64,000 bases of DNA from Paraspadella gotoi (Eukaryota; Animalia; Chaetognatha). The notes beneath the pieces were generated by a model. That model had not been told where the DNA came from. It searched no databases and saw only the letters and a program-made list of their open reading frames with translations. Shown here one piece after another: positions 25,506 through 39,200 of this stretch. The stretch covers positions 31,603,476 to 31,667,475 of the forward strand of contig CM119263.1 of the NCBI GenBank assembly GCA_051294375.1, written 5' to 3'. The translations under genes were made by a program, and so were the position numbers. Each line of letters opens with the position of its first letter. Position 1 is the first letter of the stretch.

Positions 25506-27510
25506 TTCATCATTCATTCATTCATTCATTAATTCATTCATTCATTCAGATCAATTTCTGATTTGGATCAATTTTTAATTTTTAAATTTTTAAAATTAAT
25601 TCATTTTTAAATCAATTTGTTCATTTTTTTCTAATCATTCTCCAACCAGTTTACCTTTTTCATATTACTGATTGATTTGTTAAGTATTAATTAAACTTTT
25701 GATTGTCAGGAGTCTTTACAAACACAAGGATGGATCTAACAAAGAGACGGAAGTTCTTAACCGAGCTTATGGTCACAGCTCGAAGAGAACCAGAATCTTG
25801 GCTGCGATGGTCGATAACAAAGTTAGTATTTTTCTTTATTTCTTTCACAATAACCTGCTATGTCATTATCTTGTAAGAGTGATGGAGGCCTTAAACTACC
25901 AAAGCCTGTCCAAAGTCAGGGGCAAGATAGCTTATTTATTAAATGAATGGATAATTTTTATATTGGTTGTACCAATTTCATTGAAATACTAGATGTAGTG
26001 AAAAATGTTAACTATATTTTAATTAACTGTATGTAAACAAAAGGTGGCGGTTCAAAATTTGACGTTTTATTTGTTAATTAAAATAGGAATGCTTGGCGGT
26101 GAGTAAAAAAAAACTTTTAAACTAATATCATTTTTTAATTCTTTTAATTTGTTCCTTGTCTCGTCTATTCGGTTTTTTTAAATTCCTTGGCCTGCATTTT
26201 TAATAAATCTAATTTAGCTCTCATCGTCAGTTATTTTATTTTGATTTTCTATGTATGTATCTATTGACCTCAGTGTCTTAGCATTAGCCATTGAAAGGTT
26301 GTATTCTAAATCTTAAAATAAATTTCATCAAATATAGAACTAAGAAAAACATTCGTTAGTTTCTTAAACATTTATTGTGAAAAATGAATAAAATTTGCAC
26401 GTTTTCTTCGTAATTGTAAAATTCATGACGGAGTCGATTTATAGATTTAAATTTGAATTTAGATTAAGTCATACAAACTATTTCAATATATATTTCAGAA
26501 TGTGATTTACAAGTTCGAAGTTGAACCAGCGGAAACAGTCAAAGCAGGAGAAACAATCTATGCTTCTCTTTCGACTGAAAACAGCAGCAAAAAACCAATG
26601 GAACTGCAGGTGAGACGAAATGGATATTAAATAGTATTTTATGGCAACGGGAGGATAGCCTGTGATACCCGGGGCGCGGGGTATCTCACTAACTGGCGTA
26701 GGGGCTGCGGACCCTCAGTGACTGCCTCCTGTCACTGGCATGTTTATACCGGTACCGTCACATTTAAGCCAGAACCGGGATACCCAGGGATTGAACCCGG
26801 GACGCACGGATGGAATGAGATGATTTAGCCTGCTCAGCCATTGAGACGAGGCTGAGGACGGACAGCAGTGAGGCAGCTTTAAGTCTTGCTGCCACAATTT
26901 CATTATTGTCCAGTTATCATTATGTTAATAAATTAGCATAATTATAACTGGACATCGTACAAGTAGTCAAAAAACTCTGGAACTTGGTGCATTAAACCTT
27001 TAAGCCAGTTTTTACGCCACAGTGTTGGAGGTCTGGTTTTGTGGCCTCCGCTACGGCTTATTTTTTGGTTGCGCCACGAGTACTCTCGGAGCAACTCTAT
27101 GAGACAATTAGAGTCGGTCGGTCGGTCTCTCGGTCAGTTCGTTGGTATATCTGTCCGTTGGTCTATCCCACTTAAGTTAAAAATGCTAATAACTCGGTTC
27201 TTGTTTTGTAGATGACATAGAAATAGATTATTTCAACGAATTAATTTAAGTCTATTAATTTTATTCAGGTGACCATCTCCGTCGGAGCATTTTATTACTA
27301 CGGAAGACCGATGAGCCAAAGTTGCAAAACCTTCAGAGGAAAAGTGGAGTTGCAGTCAGAGGAGAGTGAGTTATGCGAACAGGGGATTAAGTCATGCGAA
27401 CAGTGATTATTATTAAATTATTTAACTTATTGTTTATTTAGAAAAAGAACTTCGACTTTCATTGAAACCTGACGATTATCTTCAGTTTGTGAAAGAGGAT
27501 GCACAATTGA

Positions 27511-27557
<47 letters not shown>

Positions 27558-28663
27558 GCTTAATAATACATGACAATAAGTAATTTAATTATAAGGAAAC
27601 ATAAAAATTAAATTGTAATAAATATTGTAAAACCCAATGTATTTTCTCCAGATTCTACTGCGTGGCCGAATCTCTTGACAGATCTGCTTCCGGTTCGTTC
27701 GTTGGCGCAAAACAAATCAATTTAGATTTGCCCGAAGTTGTAATAGAGGTTGGTCAGTCTGCAATTGATGCAGCAGTTGTATTTACAGTCGGTGATTCTC
27801 ATGAAATTCCAGTTGGTATTGCTTAAGAATCACGCTGTGACTCGACGAAGTAAAACAATGACAGCACATATGAATATTGCTCAATGCTCAGTATTGACAT
27901 ATCGGCAACAACTATTTTTAATACAATATTCCCTTCTTCAGGCTTTGAGCGAAACGAAAGTCAAATCCGGAGATCCAGTTTCGCTGAAAATGAAATTCGA
28001 AAATCCGTTGAAAGAATCGTTAACTGATGTTGAATTCACTGTGGAAGGAGCTGGAATGAGACAGAGGAGTTTCAAGCCTGGAAAGTGAGTGATAGAGAGT
28101 GAGACAGTGAAATATATATATAAATAGAGAAAAAGAGAATCAATGAGAATTGATTGTCCCATATTTGTTATAATAAAAAAAGACTATTTATATTTTATTT
28201 ATTTAACTTTAAGTGTATTTTTACTTAATAATTTTTTAAAAAATTTCATATTTTTTAGCTAGTTTTATTTTTCAATTTTGAAAACAAAAGCTACTAAATG
28301 TTAAAGTTTTACTAATAGCCACTAGATGTCACTTAAGCATTGACTGAAACGAACAAAGAATTAGTCTAAGAAAGCTGGTAATTTTAGACGATACGTATAC
28401 ATATTACATAATCATTATTTTATTTATTATATTATCTATTATTATTTTATTAATACCAATAATTAAAGCTTCTCTATCTCTTAATAATCTCTTCCACACC
28501 CCTATTTTTATCTCCCTCTTCCAGAGACCTTCCTCCCGGCGAAACGATCATCCTCACTGTCGAAGCCAGACCAAGAAGGAAAGGAAAGCGAGAGATCGTG
28601 GCTTCGTTTAGGTCTGAAGAAATGAGCAGCCAAGCAGCGGCCATTGATGTGGAAGTGGAGTGA
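20021..28663 (+). CDS. Transglutaminase A (animal TGase family), 18 coding exons, ~736 aa
   Basis: Exons 20021-20135, 20382-20474, 20680-20778, 21165-21276, 22420-22594, 22883-23008, 23186-23269, 23381-23557, 24066-24239, 24613-24761, 25223-25359, 25710-25821, 26499-26609, 27269-27365, 27442-27511, 27652-27748, 27942-28084, 28525-28663. All introns are GT-AG and phase-compatible apart from one missing base near 23555. Motifs LVLRRG, LFNPWC, GQCWVF (Cys), [11 protein letters not shown] (His), DATPQE (Asp). Confidence 0.95.
21745..21900 (+). mobile_element. Dispersed SINE-like repeat module (related copy 57405-57500; mirror copy ~6390-6550)
   Basis: GGGAAGC.TGAGGACG.CCGTAAAC.GCCTTG.GGGC.TG.AAA.CCC.CAAGCCTGGTACCAAGC.CAGGA is shared with 57407-57479. 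It is preceded by B-box-like GGGATCGATCCC. Confidence 0.6.
22690..22830. repeat. Degenerate telomere-like (CCCTAA/TTAGGG) tract; similar tracts near 4690-4810, 19680-19830, 43645-43740
   Basis: Repeated CCTAA/CCCTAA variants are visible in introns and intergenic DNA. Confidence 0.7.
23506..23913 (+). repeat. 60-bp tandem array spanning the TG-A exon 8 end and donor site
   Basis: Unit GTGAGTGAAGGTCACGTTGGGTCTTTTCTGCTGTGACGACAACTCTATGCAGAGCGCTGG. Donors at 23558, 23618, 23678, 23737, 23797, 23857. Confidence 0.97.
24210..24362 (+). repeat. ~60-bp tandem array spanning the TG-A exon 9 end and donor
   Basis: CCAG|GT recurs at 24240, 24299 and 24359, each preceded by TGGAT.A.GAGAAG.GATTT. Confidence 0.9.
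25895..25990. repeat. Dispersed repeat/TIR-like motif (also ~45850-45940, 48180-48265, 53740-53770, 60945-61040)
   Basis: Shared CTGTCCAAAGTCAGGGGCAAGATAGCTT and ATAATTTTTATATTGGTTGTACCAATTTCAT in both orientations. Confidence 0.75.
26640..26850 (-). mobile_element. tRNA-derived SINE in TG-A intron 13
   Basis: Minus strand has A-box-like TGGCTGAGCAGG and B-box GGTTCAATCC, then a structured GC-rich tail shared with 57680-57780. Confidence 0.7.
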
Positions 28664-31600
28664 GATAGAGAGAAAGAGGGAGAGGAAAAAAGAAAGAGAG
28701 AGTGGGGAACGATCATAAGTTGCAGGAGTGTCGTTCAAAACCAAATAAAATTTCGGGCAATCTAATTTTTTTAATTATTGAGGCGAATTACCCTGTTGCG
28801 TATAGTATCAGAACAAATTTAAATCGGGATTTACAATGTGTTTGTTTTAAACTTGATATATTTCCGTCAAAGTGGCTTTTTTCCCTTCGCTTAACTATTT
28901 CTCTAATTCAAGACAAAAAATAAGAACTGCCATGATTAAAGCTTTTTATTACAATTTAATCAATGAAGCATGTCATTATTATTGTTAGGATTATTATTTT
29001 GTTTTTTGTGTGCTTACATTAAAACATTGCTTTACAGAAATTGTTTTAATTAGTTCATATTTCAGTACTAAACTTTCTTGGCGTAGGTCGATAAAACAGT
29101 AGTACTTATGTTAAATGAAGTGTTTGTGACATTATTTGATAATAATTTGATAGAGATGAAGGAAGAATTTTATAATTCATCATCTTCGACTTCCATTTGA
29201 TCGTCACTAACCAGTTATATTAACTGGTTAACCGGTTAACCAGTTGCTTTGTCATCCTGACCTTGGTAAATGATGTTTGTCTTGAATACTAATTTTACAC
29301 TATTTCACGCAAAGAAATCATGTTTAGCTAGAAAAACAGAGAAGTACATATTATCAGCAAATTTTATATCAATATTATTTTAATTTTAGTTAAAGACAGT
29401 TCCCGTTAATCTATATTATTTAACCTACTTAACAGATCTGGTCAGGTTTTCCCCAAATCAGCTTAAGTTGGAAATTCTGCTTTAAAGAAAGAAATTGTCA
29501 AACCGGCGAAACCAGTTTTCTAATTTATATTTTTCATTCTCTTTTGTATTTCTGCATTTTAAAAAATTTATTGTAATAGTTTTTATATTTCGGAACGTTT
29601 TTTCTTGAAGTTGCTTACAATTAATAATTTCATCCTCTTAAATTAAGTGAAGAAGGTAACTTGTTCATCTTCTAAAATTAATAATTAATAAAGCGTTCAT
29701 TTCATAACCTAACCTTAATCGCTAACCCTAATCCTTAACCGAATCTTAAACCTTAATCACTAACCCTTATCTTTAACCGAATCTTAAACTTTAAACCTTA
29801 AATCTCTTAAAAAAACTTAATTGCTGGACCTAAGGAGAAATTAAGCGCTTTATGAAATTATGTTAACAAAACGGTTCAATTTCATTTACATATTATAGAA
29901 GTAACAGATTATTTCTCACATATTTTGATTCGGTTTTCTTAGAATTCATACTTTACTACTTCAGCCATACTTTTACTATGGTTTGATGATAATTTGTTTT
30001 CTAATTAATATTTAGATATTTCATTGACGTGTGTATGCATCGGTCATAACAATTAGTATTTAATTTTTAACGTGTACGATTTGGATCACGTGACCAGATG
30101 GCTTATCTCCCTCGTCTTCGTCGGCGTCGAGATAAGGAGGAGGAAGAGGAAGAGGAGCCGAAAATAGGTAACGAGGGTTGGACAGATGGCGAGGACGGAC
30201 TGATTTATGGACGGACATACATACATACATTGTTTCAGCTTCGGTTTAATTTTACAATTGTTTATTTTGACGGACTTTCCCGACGACCGATAATCCAACG
30301 GGTTTTTAAATGTGTATCTAAATTAAATAATTGGCGGCGAGGATTAAAACCAATTTCAATTTGTTTCAAAACAAACAAAGATTAATAAAATGATTTAAAA
30401 AGCAACGTGAAAACGTTATACGTCGCGGCTTGCGAGGCAACTGCCTCTGACCTTTTTCTAAATTTCAAACATTAAAAATAAGCAAGATAATCGCTTTCTT
30501 AAACGTCTTTATTATCGTCGTCTCTTCGTTCCGTGGCGAAATCGGGAAACTTGGGACTCGGATGTCGAAATTCTCTTCCGTCGGACGTCCAGCCGTCCTG
30601 CCCCAACGGCGACGCTCGCGTTGGCCACCGCGTTCTTATACATACATACATAAATACACACATACATACATATTGAAATCCATTTTCATCTAATTTCTAT
30701 TTAATTTTTATTGATTCAAGTCGAGAAGAAAGAATTCCTGTTGATCGAAACAGTGAATCTTCATTATGGAGAAAATCGAAGGAAACACAATTCAGACGAA
30801 TACGAAAATAGAGGTAAAGATTTAATTATTAACATTTAATTATTACACTTTGGGCATAAAAATCTACATATTTCATATAGAAAGATATTTTTGACCCATT
30901 TTTTGATTATTTTAACAAGATCTCCTCGTCGTGCGCAGAGGCGATTCCGTCAAAATCACTGTGCAATGCAATCGAAAACCAGAAGGAAGAGAAGAAATTT
31001 GGTTTCGTTTGGCTTACGGTGATTCATTCGTTAGGCTTATATTTTTTTGACACAACTCGATCTGATATAAAAAAAATTGAATTGAATTTAAAAATCAAAT
31101 TATTAAATAAATTTAAATAAATAAATGTATTAGTCATTATTTCCGTTCCCCTTTAATTATTCTGAAGGCGAGATTCCAAAATTAAGCAAAGGAACTTTGG
31201 TAGAGGTGACGTCATCAAAGAAGAGAGAAGTTGATGCTGATTGGTGGATCGAAGAAGAGAAATCCGATACTGAAAGGTGATTGGCTATTTGAAGAAGAGA
31301 AGGGCTATATTGAAATGTGATTGGTTGTCAGATAAAGAAAGGTGATTGGCTGTTGGATGAATAGAGAAAGCAGATACTGAAAGATTTTTGAAAAAGATCG
31401 GGGGTTCTGAAGAGCTACTCTTACAATATGCTCAACAAGAGACAAGTAACGTTGTCATTTTGTGATAAGTAGCAATGTTCGTTTTGCAATACAAGGTGGC
31501 AAATATGCAGATAAGAGAAAGCCTATGGTGTTAGTTTTAATTGGTGATATATCTGGAAATAAACATGTTGAGACATTTTAAGAGAACTAATATAAATGTA

Positions 31601-34000
31601 AACCTTCTGAATTTCCTTTCACACCAGCTCCCATCGTATAATTTGACTGTCGATTCATGGGTCATTGAAAATTCGAAATACGTCAAGAAATCCAGTTGGC
31701 CTAAACCTAAGACTGAAAAAGTTGGAGTGGTTGTTCTTTTTAATCCCTGGTGCAGAGACGACCAGGTGAGATGTCATGTTATGTCACAAGTCCATGCCAT
31801 ATCGTTAATAATAGCGTCATGAAAAACTTATTGACAAATTCATTTATTTATTCCAAGCATATAAAAGATTGCACTGGAATGAAGTTGGTTCAACCAATAT
31901 AAAAATTAACTGTTTTTTCAATAAATATAGCTACATTGTATTGCCTTTGGACAGTCTGATTGGTCAGTAGAATTACAATCAAAAAGTCTTTGAAATATCA
32001 GAGATGTGGACGCGATCCGGGACGAAGCGAGAACACTGTGGAAGCGGCCGATTTTTGAAGAACCCGAAACCGGGAGCGATAGAAAAATTAAGAATAAAGG
32101 ATGAACCCGGAAGCTATAATAACCCTGCGTGTTCGCTTCCTGGTCATTTGTTTTTATTGGGTAGAAATGAAAGGTATTTAATGTATTAAAATCTTTGCAA
32201 CCCCCTGCTTTTCTTGATTTTTCTTTTAAAAATTTGTTTTTAATATTTATTTTCAACATTTAAAATTGTTTGTTCTTAATTTTTTTTTCACTTTTTCTTA
32301 TTCTCTTCTTTTATTATTTTTGTTCTTTTATTCTCTTTTCCTCTTTGGTCGAGAATCTATGAAAAAAATTACATATTTATTTTTTTAATTATTCTTTTAA
32401 ATATATTCGAATAAAATCTGAGCTGAAAAAAAGATTTTTTCTATCTGAAAAAATGTAATTAAGTTAAATTAAACTTTTTTAATTCTATAAAACTAAAAAT
32501 TTTATTTTTATATTTTTATTATTTTTCTTTAAATTTAAGTGCTCTTTTTTTTTAAATCCATAACGTTTTTCATGTTACAAACAAGTTTAAACCAAAAGGA
32601 TTGATCTTTTTATTGGCAATATTGCATAATATTATGCTTATACATACTTAAATCTCAACATACTCTCTCTCTCTTCTTTCTTTTTTCCCCTCTTGCACTG
32701 AACAAAAAAGCAAATAAAAAAAAAATAATAATAAATAAATCAAAATTATTAATAAACAAGTTTGAGCAAACAATGCCGGATCTGCGCCACGATCATTAGC
32801 GTAATTAATTGATTAATTAATTGAAAAAAAAATAAATTATTTATTTAAAGAAGCAGTATGTATGTTAGATTAAAATAATAACATCGAACATTTGGGTGCT
32901 CAAATGATTTGAACAAAGACGATGAATACAATGACGAAGTCTTTGTACTTTGTGAGCCATAGTACAGTAGTGGTCAATAAGAATGACCTGTTTTTACCCA
33001 ATCTTGTTATGGCTGACCTTTTTCTCAGCCAATGTAAATACTAGTTATTATTATTATTTTTATCATTTTTACTTTTTTACTGTTTTTGATAATACCAGGT
33101 TTTTTTTATCACAAAAAACACGCCTCAAATTTTTCTATAAATTTTTGTTTTGAGTCACCGCAAACATTATAAAAATATTTTAATTGATTAATTTAGAGAA
33201 AGCAAAGATTTCTAATTTGTAACAACGATTTTTAATTAATAGTTTGACATGTTTCAGGCTTGTTTAGCTTCCAAGCGCTTCATATAGCAATACCCGTATG
33301 AACATTCAATAGGAGTAAACTTTGTGTAAGACAGAAGAAGTGTGAGAGAGAGAGAAGAGAGAGAGGAGAAAGAGAGGAGAGAGGGTTAACGTGTTTAAAA
33401 ATAACTCTCCACCAGTAGAGATAGGTGTGTATCATAATGTCAAAAAAACAGTTGTGTGATTAGCGATTCTACAGAGATGAACTAAGTGAAGACAGGTTGA
33501 AAGAGGTCAATTTGTCCTTTGCAAGTATTAAAGGGGTGACGTGAACAAAAAAGGAAAAAAGATAAATAGAATACGACGAACAAGAAGTGAAATCTGTGTT
33601 TAGAGTAAGGGAGCGCGATAGAAGAGACGAGGTGTGATTATATGAGAGAGAGAGAGAAGATAAACATACGAGGGAGTGTTAACGGTCCAACAAATAATAC
33701 GACGCGAAGGACGGTTGAATCAATCTCTTTTGCAGCAATAGTATCAACGCGAAAGTAGGGACATTCATGGGAGTAATTTGAAGAGGTTAAAGATAAAACT
33801 GAGATAGAGGATGTCGATGGAATTTGGCGCGAAGAACTACGACAATGATGATAGTAAAGGCGCTGGTTTTAAGGCGGGACGATGACAAATTGATTGATTG
33901 CTTAATTTTTTGATTGATTGAATATTTGATTAATTGATTGAATAATTAAACTGATCAGTTCTGGCATTGTTACTCAAACTTGTTTTGTTTTTTTGTCTTT
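28395..34000 (+). other. Direct duplicate of ~42350-47650 (TG-A last exon, intergenic DNA, TG-B exons 1-5 at 30098-31765); probable assembly overlap
   Basis: Near-identical over the first ~3 kb including introns, then progressively noisier toward the N gap at 36113-36137. Confidence 0.85.
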
Positions 34001-36290
34001 TCATTATGACAAAGAAATGATACCCTGATGATGATGCTTAAGATAAATCTGAGATTCGCAAGTGGTGTAAGAAAGTAACTTGGAACAGAGGATAAACTTA
34101 GCACTCCTATTAATCGGAGATGGATAGAGATTGAATGATTGATGGCATCAGAGAGAAGAATGGGAAAGGGGAGTTGGAGAACCGGCTAAAAAATGGCGCT
34201 GAGAGAAAGGAATTAACGTAAGCTAGATCTCACATGCTATCAAGCCTGTGTATTATTATCAAGTTTATAGCGAGGTTAATGTTTAATTTTAAGTAGTGAA
34301 CTCAGTCGTGAGCGCTAGGGTTTGTGTACAGGAGTATATGCAATCAACTGACAGTTATGAGAAAGAATCTATAAGGCACGTGGACTAATTTACCGTTTAA
34401 GTTGATTAAATGAACTGTAATTGCACAGTCTAGAAATAATTAACTTCTAAATTGGTTCTTGGTTTTTAGTGTTATATTATACACTATTAACTCCATTTAA
34501 CATCAACGAGAGTCGAAAACGATATATTAATTCAATATTGGCGTATCACATAAATGTCACAATAGGTATATGTTCATGGTAACAGAATCTCGGAATTTCA
34601 CTTGTCTATTTGCTTAAGAATCAACAGCATTGGCTTAGAAAATATTCTAGTCTCCTCTCTCTAGCACACACAATCTGTAATTACCACTGTCTACAAGAGA
34701 GGCTATTTTCCATTTAATGAAATAAAAAAAAAAATAGAAAAAAATATACTCTTCAGATAAAGAGGAAGGAGAGGCGCGATAAGTGCAACAACGAAAAGTC
34801 ACAGAAAAACAACAGGAGAAATGCTGCATCACCACTGGCGTAGTGATAATATACGTGAGAGCGTACTTGCAGGATAGGATATTCCGCCTGAATATACGCG
34901 GAGCGGTGCGCACGGGTCTCTCGAAAGCGCACTGGAATTGGCACGCTTAGGCGAGAGAGAATAATTCCACGGTCCAGACCATAGCTGGTGACAGCAGAGA
35001 GAGCACTTTAGACACTATTTCATTGGTAACGTATGTTCTTCCAATTTCGCTCATGAACGGGATACGGAAGAGAACTCCGTTTAACTATTTAGAAGATCGT
35101 TACGATAAGACAGACTACACTTTGTCTGTGGTGACTTTTAGCGATCGCACGATGCAGAAGATCGATATGTTTCTCTGTCCAAGCCAGCTCAGCCAGTCTA
35201 TAAGCATTGGCCTCTTGTCAGTGTCGATGGCCGCATTATTGATCGGTGGTGTTGAAAGTTGAGAGCCTATCTATATATGCGCACATGCACTTGCAATTTA
35301 ACCACCCTCTACCCGCGTTCAGTACTTATACATTAGCAGGTGGCAAAAATCATTTACAAGCTGCAAGAATAGACAGTTGGTAGTTGGCGTTATCCATTAC
35401 AGGGGCTGGTGAATCGTCTCACCATATCTTTTTCCGGTCTTTTCGACAATCATATTACACGATCTCTGCTTCTCAAAGTGACTAAAAAAATTCAAATTTA
35501 CTTCGTCTCATCAATAGTCATTTCGAACATTCAGTATCTATAATATATATACAAAATTTAATTGATAAAAATATTGGGTGCAAATGAACCTTGGGGGAAG
35601 CAAACTGACTAGACCAGGTGAGACTCAGCCTGACAGTTCATTCCGTCTGCGATACATCTTTCTCGCTAATGTCTGGCGTCTGTTTTCTCTCCATCCTCTC
35701 TATTCATACGCTCTCTCGATGGTATTTCCTCTCCCAGCCGTCTGCTCTCTTAGCAATTTTTTTTCACAACCTGCGATTACGATTTGTACCTCCTTAACAT
35801 CAAGTTCAAACCACTGGACCTCACATTTCTGCGCCAGTATGCTTTAAGACGAGAGTGCCGTCCATCAAGCGCATCGACACCGCATTCTCTAGTTCTGAAC
35901 GGGTGTTCCTGGATGCACTGGTTTATGAAGCGCTTGAAAAATGCACGAGAACTATCCGAGAACCGTGGCATCCCCAGATTACGATTTAATACAACGGCGG
36001 AGTATGGACCACTGGCAATAAATCATACACAAAAACGGTTCTTAAGAGTCGACAAGAGTGAATCTTGTATACTTCAGTTTCCGGTCAATGGGCGCTCTAC
36101 ATATAGTCCCATNNNNNNNNNNNNNNNNNNNNNNNNNTGATCGTTTTCGCCGGGAGGGAAGGTCTCTTGGAAAGAGGGAGATAAAATAGGGGTGTGGAAA
36201 TGAGATTATTAAGGAGAGAAGCTTTAATTATTTATTAATAAAATAATAATAATAATATAATAAATAAAATAATGATGTATGTAATATGTA

Positions 36291-39200
36291 CAGTTACCGG
36301 AAACCTAGAATGTCGTAAGTCTGTACAGTTTGTAATAACTTTTCCATTTATAGGATAAATGGCTTTAGGTTTTATAGGAAGTTGTCTGGATGTCTGCTAT
36401 GCCATCATTAGCAATTTTTCAAAAATAATCCTAAACCTCTTAAAAATGGGTTCAAATTTTTTGTTTAAAAAACTTGCATAGCTCTAATATATTTTAAACT
36501 TTTTTTCTTCCAAAATTTGGCTAACCTTGGTACCTCAATAGGGTTTGGAAACTTTCTGTAGAAATATTGTTACCTATAAAATTTTTTTTGCCATTTTTAT
36601 CAGTGGCTGATATTTTTGATGGGGTTCATTTCTTTTCAATGATGCATTAACTTTCCTTATTCGTGAATATTATGGTTTTAAATTTTAGTAATAGTGCCTT
36701 GGGTTAGGTCCTGCATTGCCATCATAAATTTCAGTCATTTTTTAAAAAAACTTTTGGCACAGGCCAAAATTATATATTTACAAAAATTCAATTGTCCAAA
36801 TCCTGCTAAAAATATTAATGCAAATATTGTTATTTTTGCCTAATAAATCAGTTTAAACATATTCCAAATTAAACCCTAAAGCAAAAAATTTTTTCTCACA
36901 TTTTAAAAACTTCATTTGCATATTGTTGCCATTTTATCAATTTTTGCAATTTTTTTACCTAAAAGTAATCCATTTTTTTTTAATTTTTTGTTTTGACGAT
37001 AGCTATATCATCAAAAACTTTAACAAATATACCATCAACCTAATTTTAATAAATTTTAAATATTTTTAATATTTTTTAAATTATAATAAAAATTATTAAT
37101 TTAGATGAGCATTTCTGCTTAACTTTTCAATTGGCATTCATTTGAAGAGGCCAACATTCGAGGGATTCTAAACTTACAAAATGGTTTTTTACCCAAATTT
37201 AATGTCCCATAAGCTGAGCATATATTCTTTTTCAAAAGTTCAAAAATTAAAAAAACACTATCTTTTAAACCTTATAAAAAATGCGGCTATGATAGCTTGT
37301 TTCAATACTTTGGGCAATTAGGTCAAGAATTGTTCATATTTTGATGGGCGGTGAGTGACATGTCCAGGAATTAAAAGAAATGTTTCTATTAGTAGATTCT
37401 CGAATCGGATTTTTAAATTTGGCAGAACATTTTACCTTTTTTACCAAGTTTTTAGAGTACCGCTAAAATGTTTCTCTGATTACACAAATAGAAATTGAAA
37501 AAATAAGAAATTTTTAGTTACAATAGTTGGTTATGGTTTGACAATAGAAGGAAAAAAAACCTCGTTTAAAATTTGACTGGAAACAGGGTAACTAAGACTT
37601 ACCAATGTCACTCTTCCATGGCCAATCGGTTACTTTCCAAATAATTTTTTTTATTTAATACATTTTTAATAAGGAAAAAAAGAAAAGTTCGGAATGCTGA
37701 GGTGGCATGAAAGGTACAAATTACATCTGGACATCGTGGACTTGATATCATGACCTTTTATGCTCTGGGTAATGGTGGGCAAAATAAACCCAAAAAAATT
37801 CAATCAGTTAAGTCATTTCAATCAACCCTTTCAAAGTAGACGGTGTTCCGCGAAATGTTTTTTCTTCACTAAAGGATTTTTTGCTTCCTAAAATTTCGCC
37901 TAGAACAACCTATTGAAAAGGTTGATTATTGACTAAGTGATTAAATTTTTTAGCGTTATTTACTTGCCCCCATTACCCAAAGACATAATAAGGTCAAATG
38001 ATTATCAAGTCACGATGTCCAGAATTATTGTACTTTCATGCACCAGCATTCCGACTTTTTTTTTTCCCTTTCAAATGTATTAAAAATAAAAAAAATTATT
38101 TGAAAAGAACGATTGGCCATGACGATGCCATGGTAAGTCTTAGTACCACTGTTCCAGATCAAATTTTAAACGAGGTTTTTTTTCCTTCTATTTCAAAACA
38201 TTAACACCAACTATTGGTACTCAAAAATTTCTTCATTTTCCCAATTTCTATTTTGTGGTAATCAGAGAAGAAACACTTAGCGTCTCTAAAAACTTGGTAA
38301 AAAAAGGTAAAATGTTTCTGCCAAATTTTAAAAATCGATTGAGGAATCTACTAATAACTATTTCTTTTATTCCCCGGACATGTCACTACCTAAAAAATAT
38401 GAACAATCTTGACCTAATGCCAAAGTATTGAAACAAAGCTATCATAGCCGCATTTTTTATAAAGTTTAAAAAGTAGTGTTTTTTTTAATTTTTGCACCAC
38501 TTTAAAAAAGAATTATCTCAGCTTTGGGCGTACATTAAATTTGCGTAAAAAAATTTAATATTTAGAATCCTCGAGATGCCCTCTTTTCAATATGCCCACA
38601 TTGAAAAAAGCTTAGCAGAATGCTTATTAAAATTAATAATTTATTAATATTTAAAAAATATAAAAATATTAAATATTTATTAAAAATTTAGGCTTTGATG
38701 GTATATTTGTAAAGGTTTGATGATATACTATCGTCAAAACCAAAATTTTTTAAAAATGGATTACTTTTAGTGTAAAAAAAAATGAAAAATTAAAAATGCA
38801 ACAATATGCAAATGAGTTTTTAAAATGTTGAGAAAAATTTTTTTGCTTAGGGTTATTTGAATATGTTTTAACTGATTTATAGCGGCAAAGAATAACAATA
38901 TTTGCCACTTAATATTTTTAGCAGGATTACAATTGATTTTGTAAAAAAAAAAATTGGCCTGTGCCAAAAGTTTTTTTTAAATATGACTGAAATTTATATG
39001 CAAATGCAGGACTACCAAAAGGCCCACTTATACTAAAATTTAAAACCATAAATATTAACAAATAAGGAAGTTATGCATTCATTTGAAAAAAATGACCCAT
39101 CAAAAATATCAGCATGAATTAAAATGGCAAAAAAATTTTTTATAGTTAACAATTTCTACAGAGATTACAACCCTCTTGAGTACAAGTTAAGCAAATTTTA

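Noticed and set aside
30098-31765. Third transglutaminase gene (partial)
   Set aside because: Essentially identical to TG-B exons 1-5 including introns, and degrades into noise before an N gap. Redundant assembly.
34000-36112. ORFs of 64-118 aa in higher-GC sequence
   Set aside because: Low-quality read tail with only faint similarity to 47600-48150 and no recognisable protein motifs.
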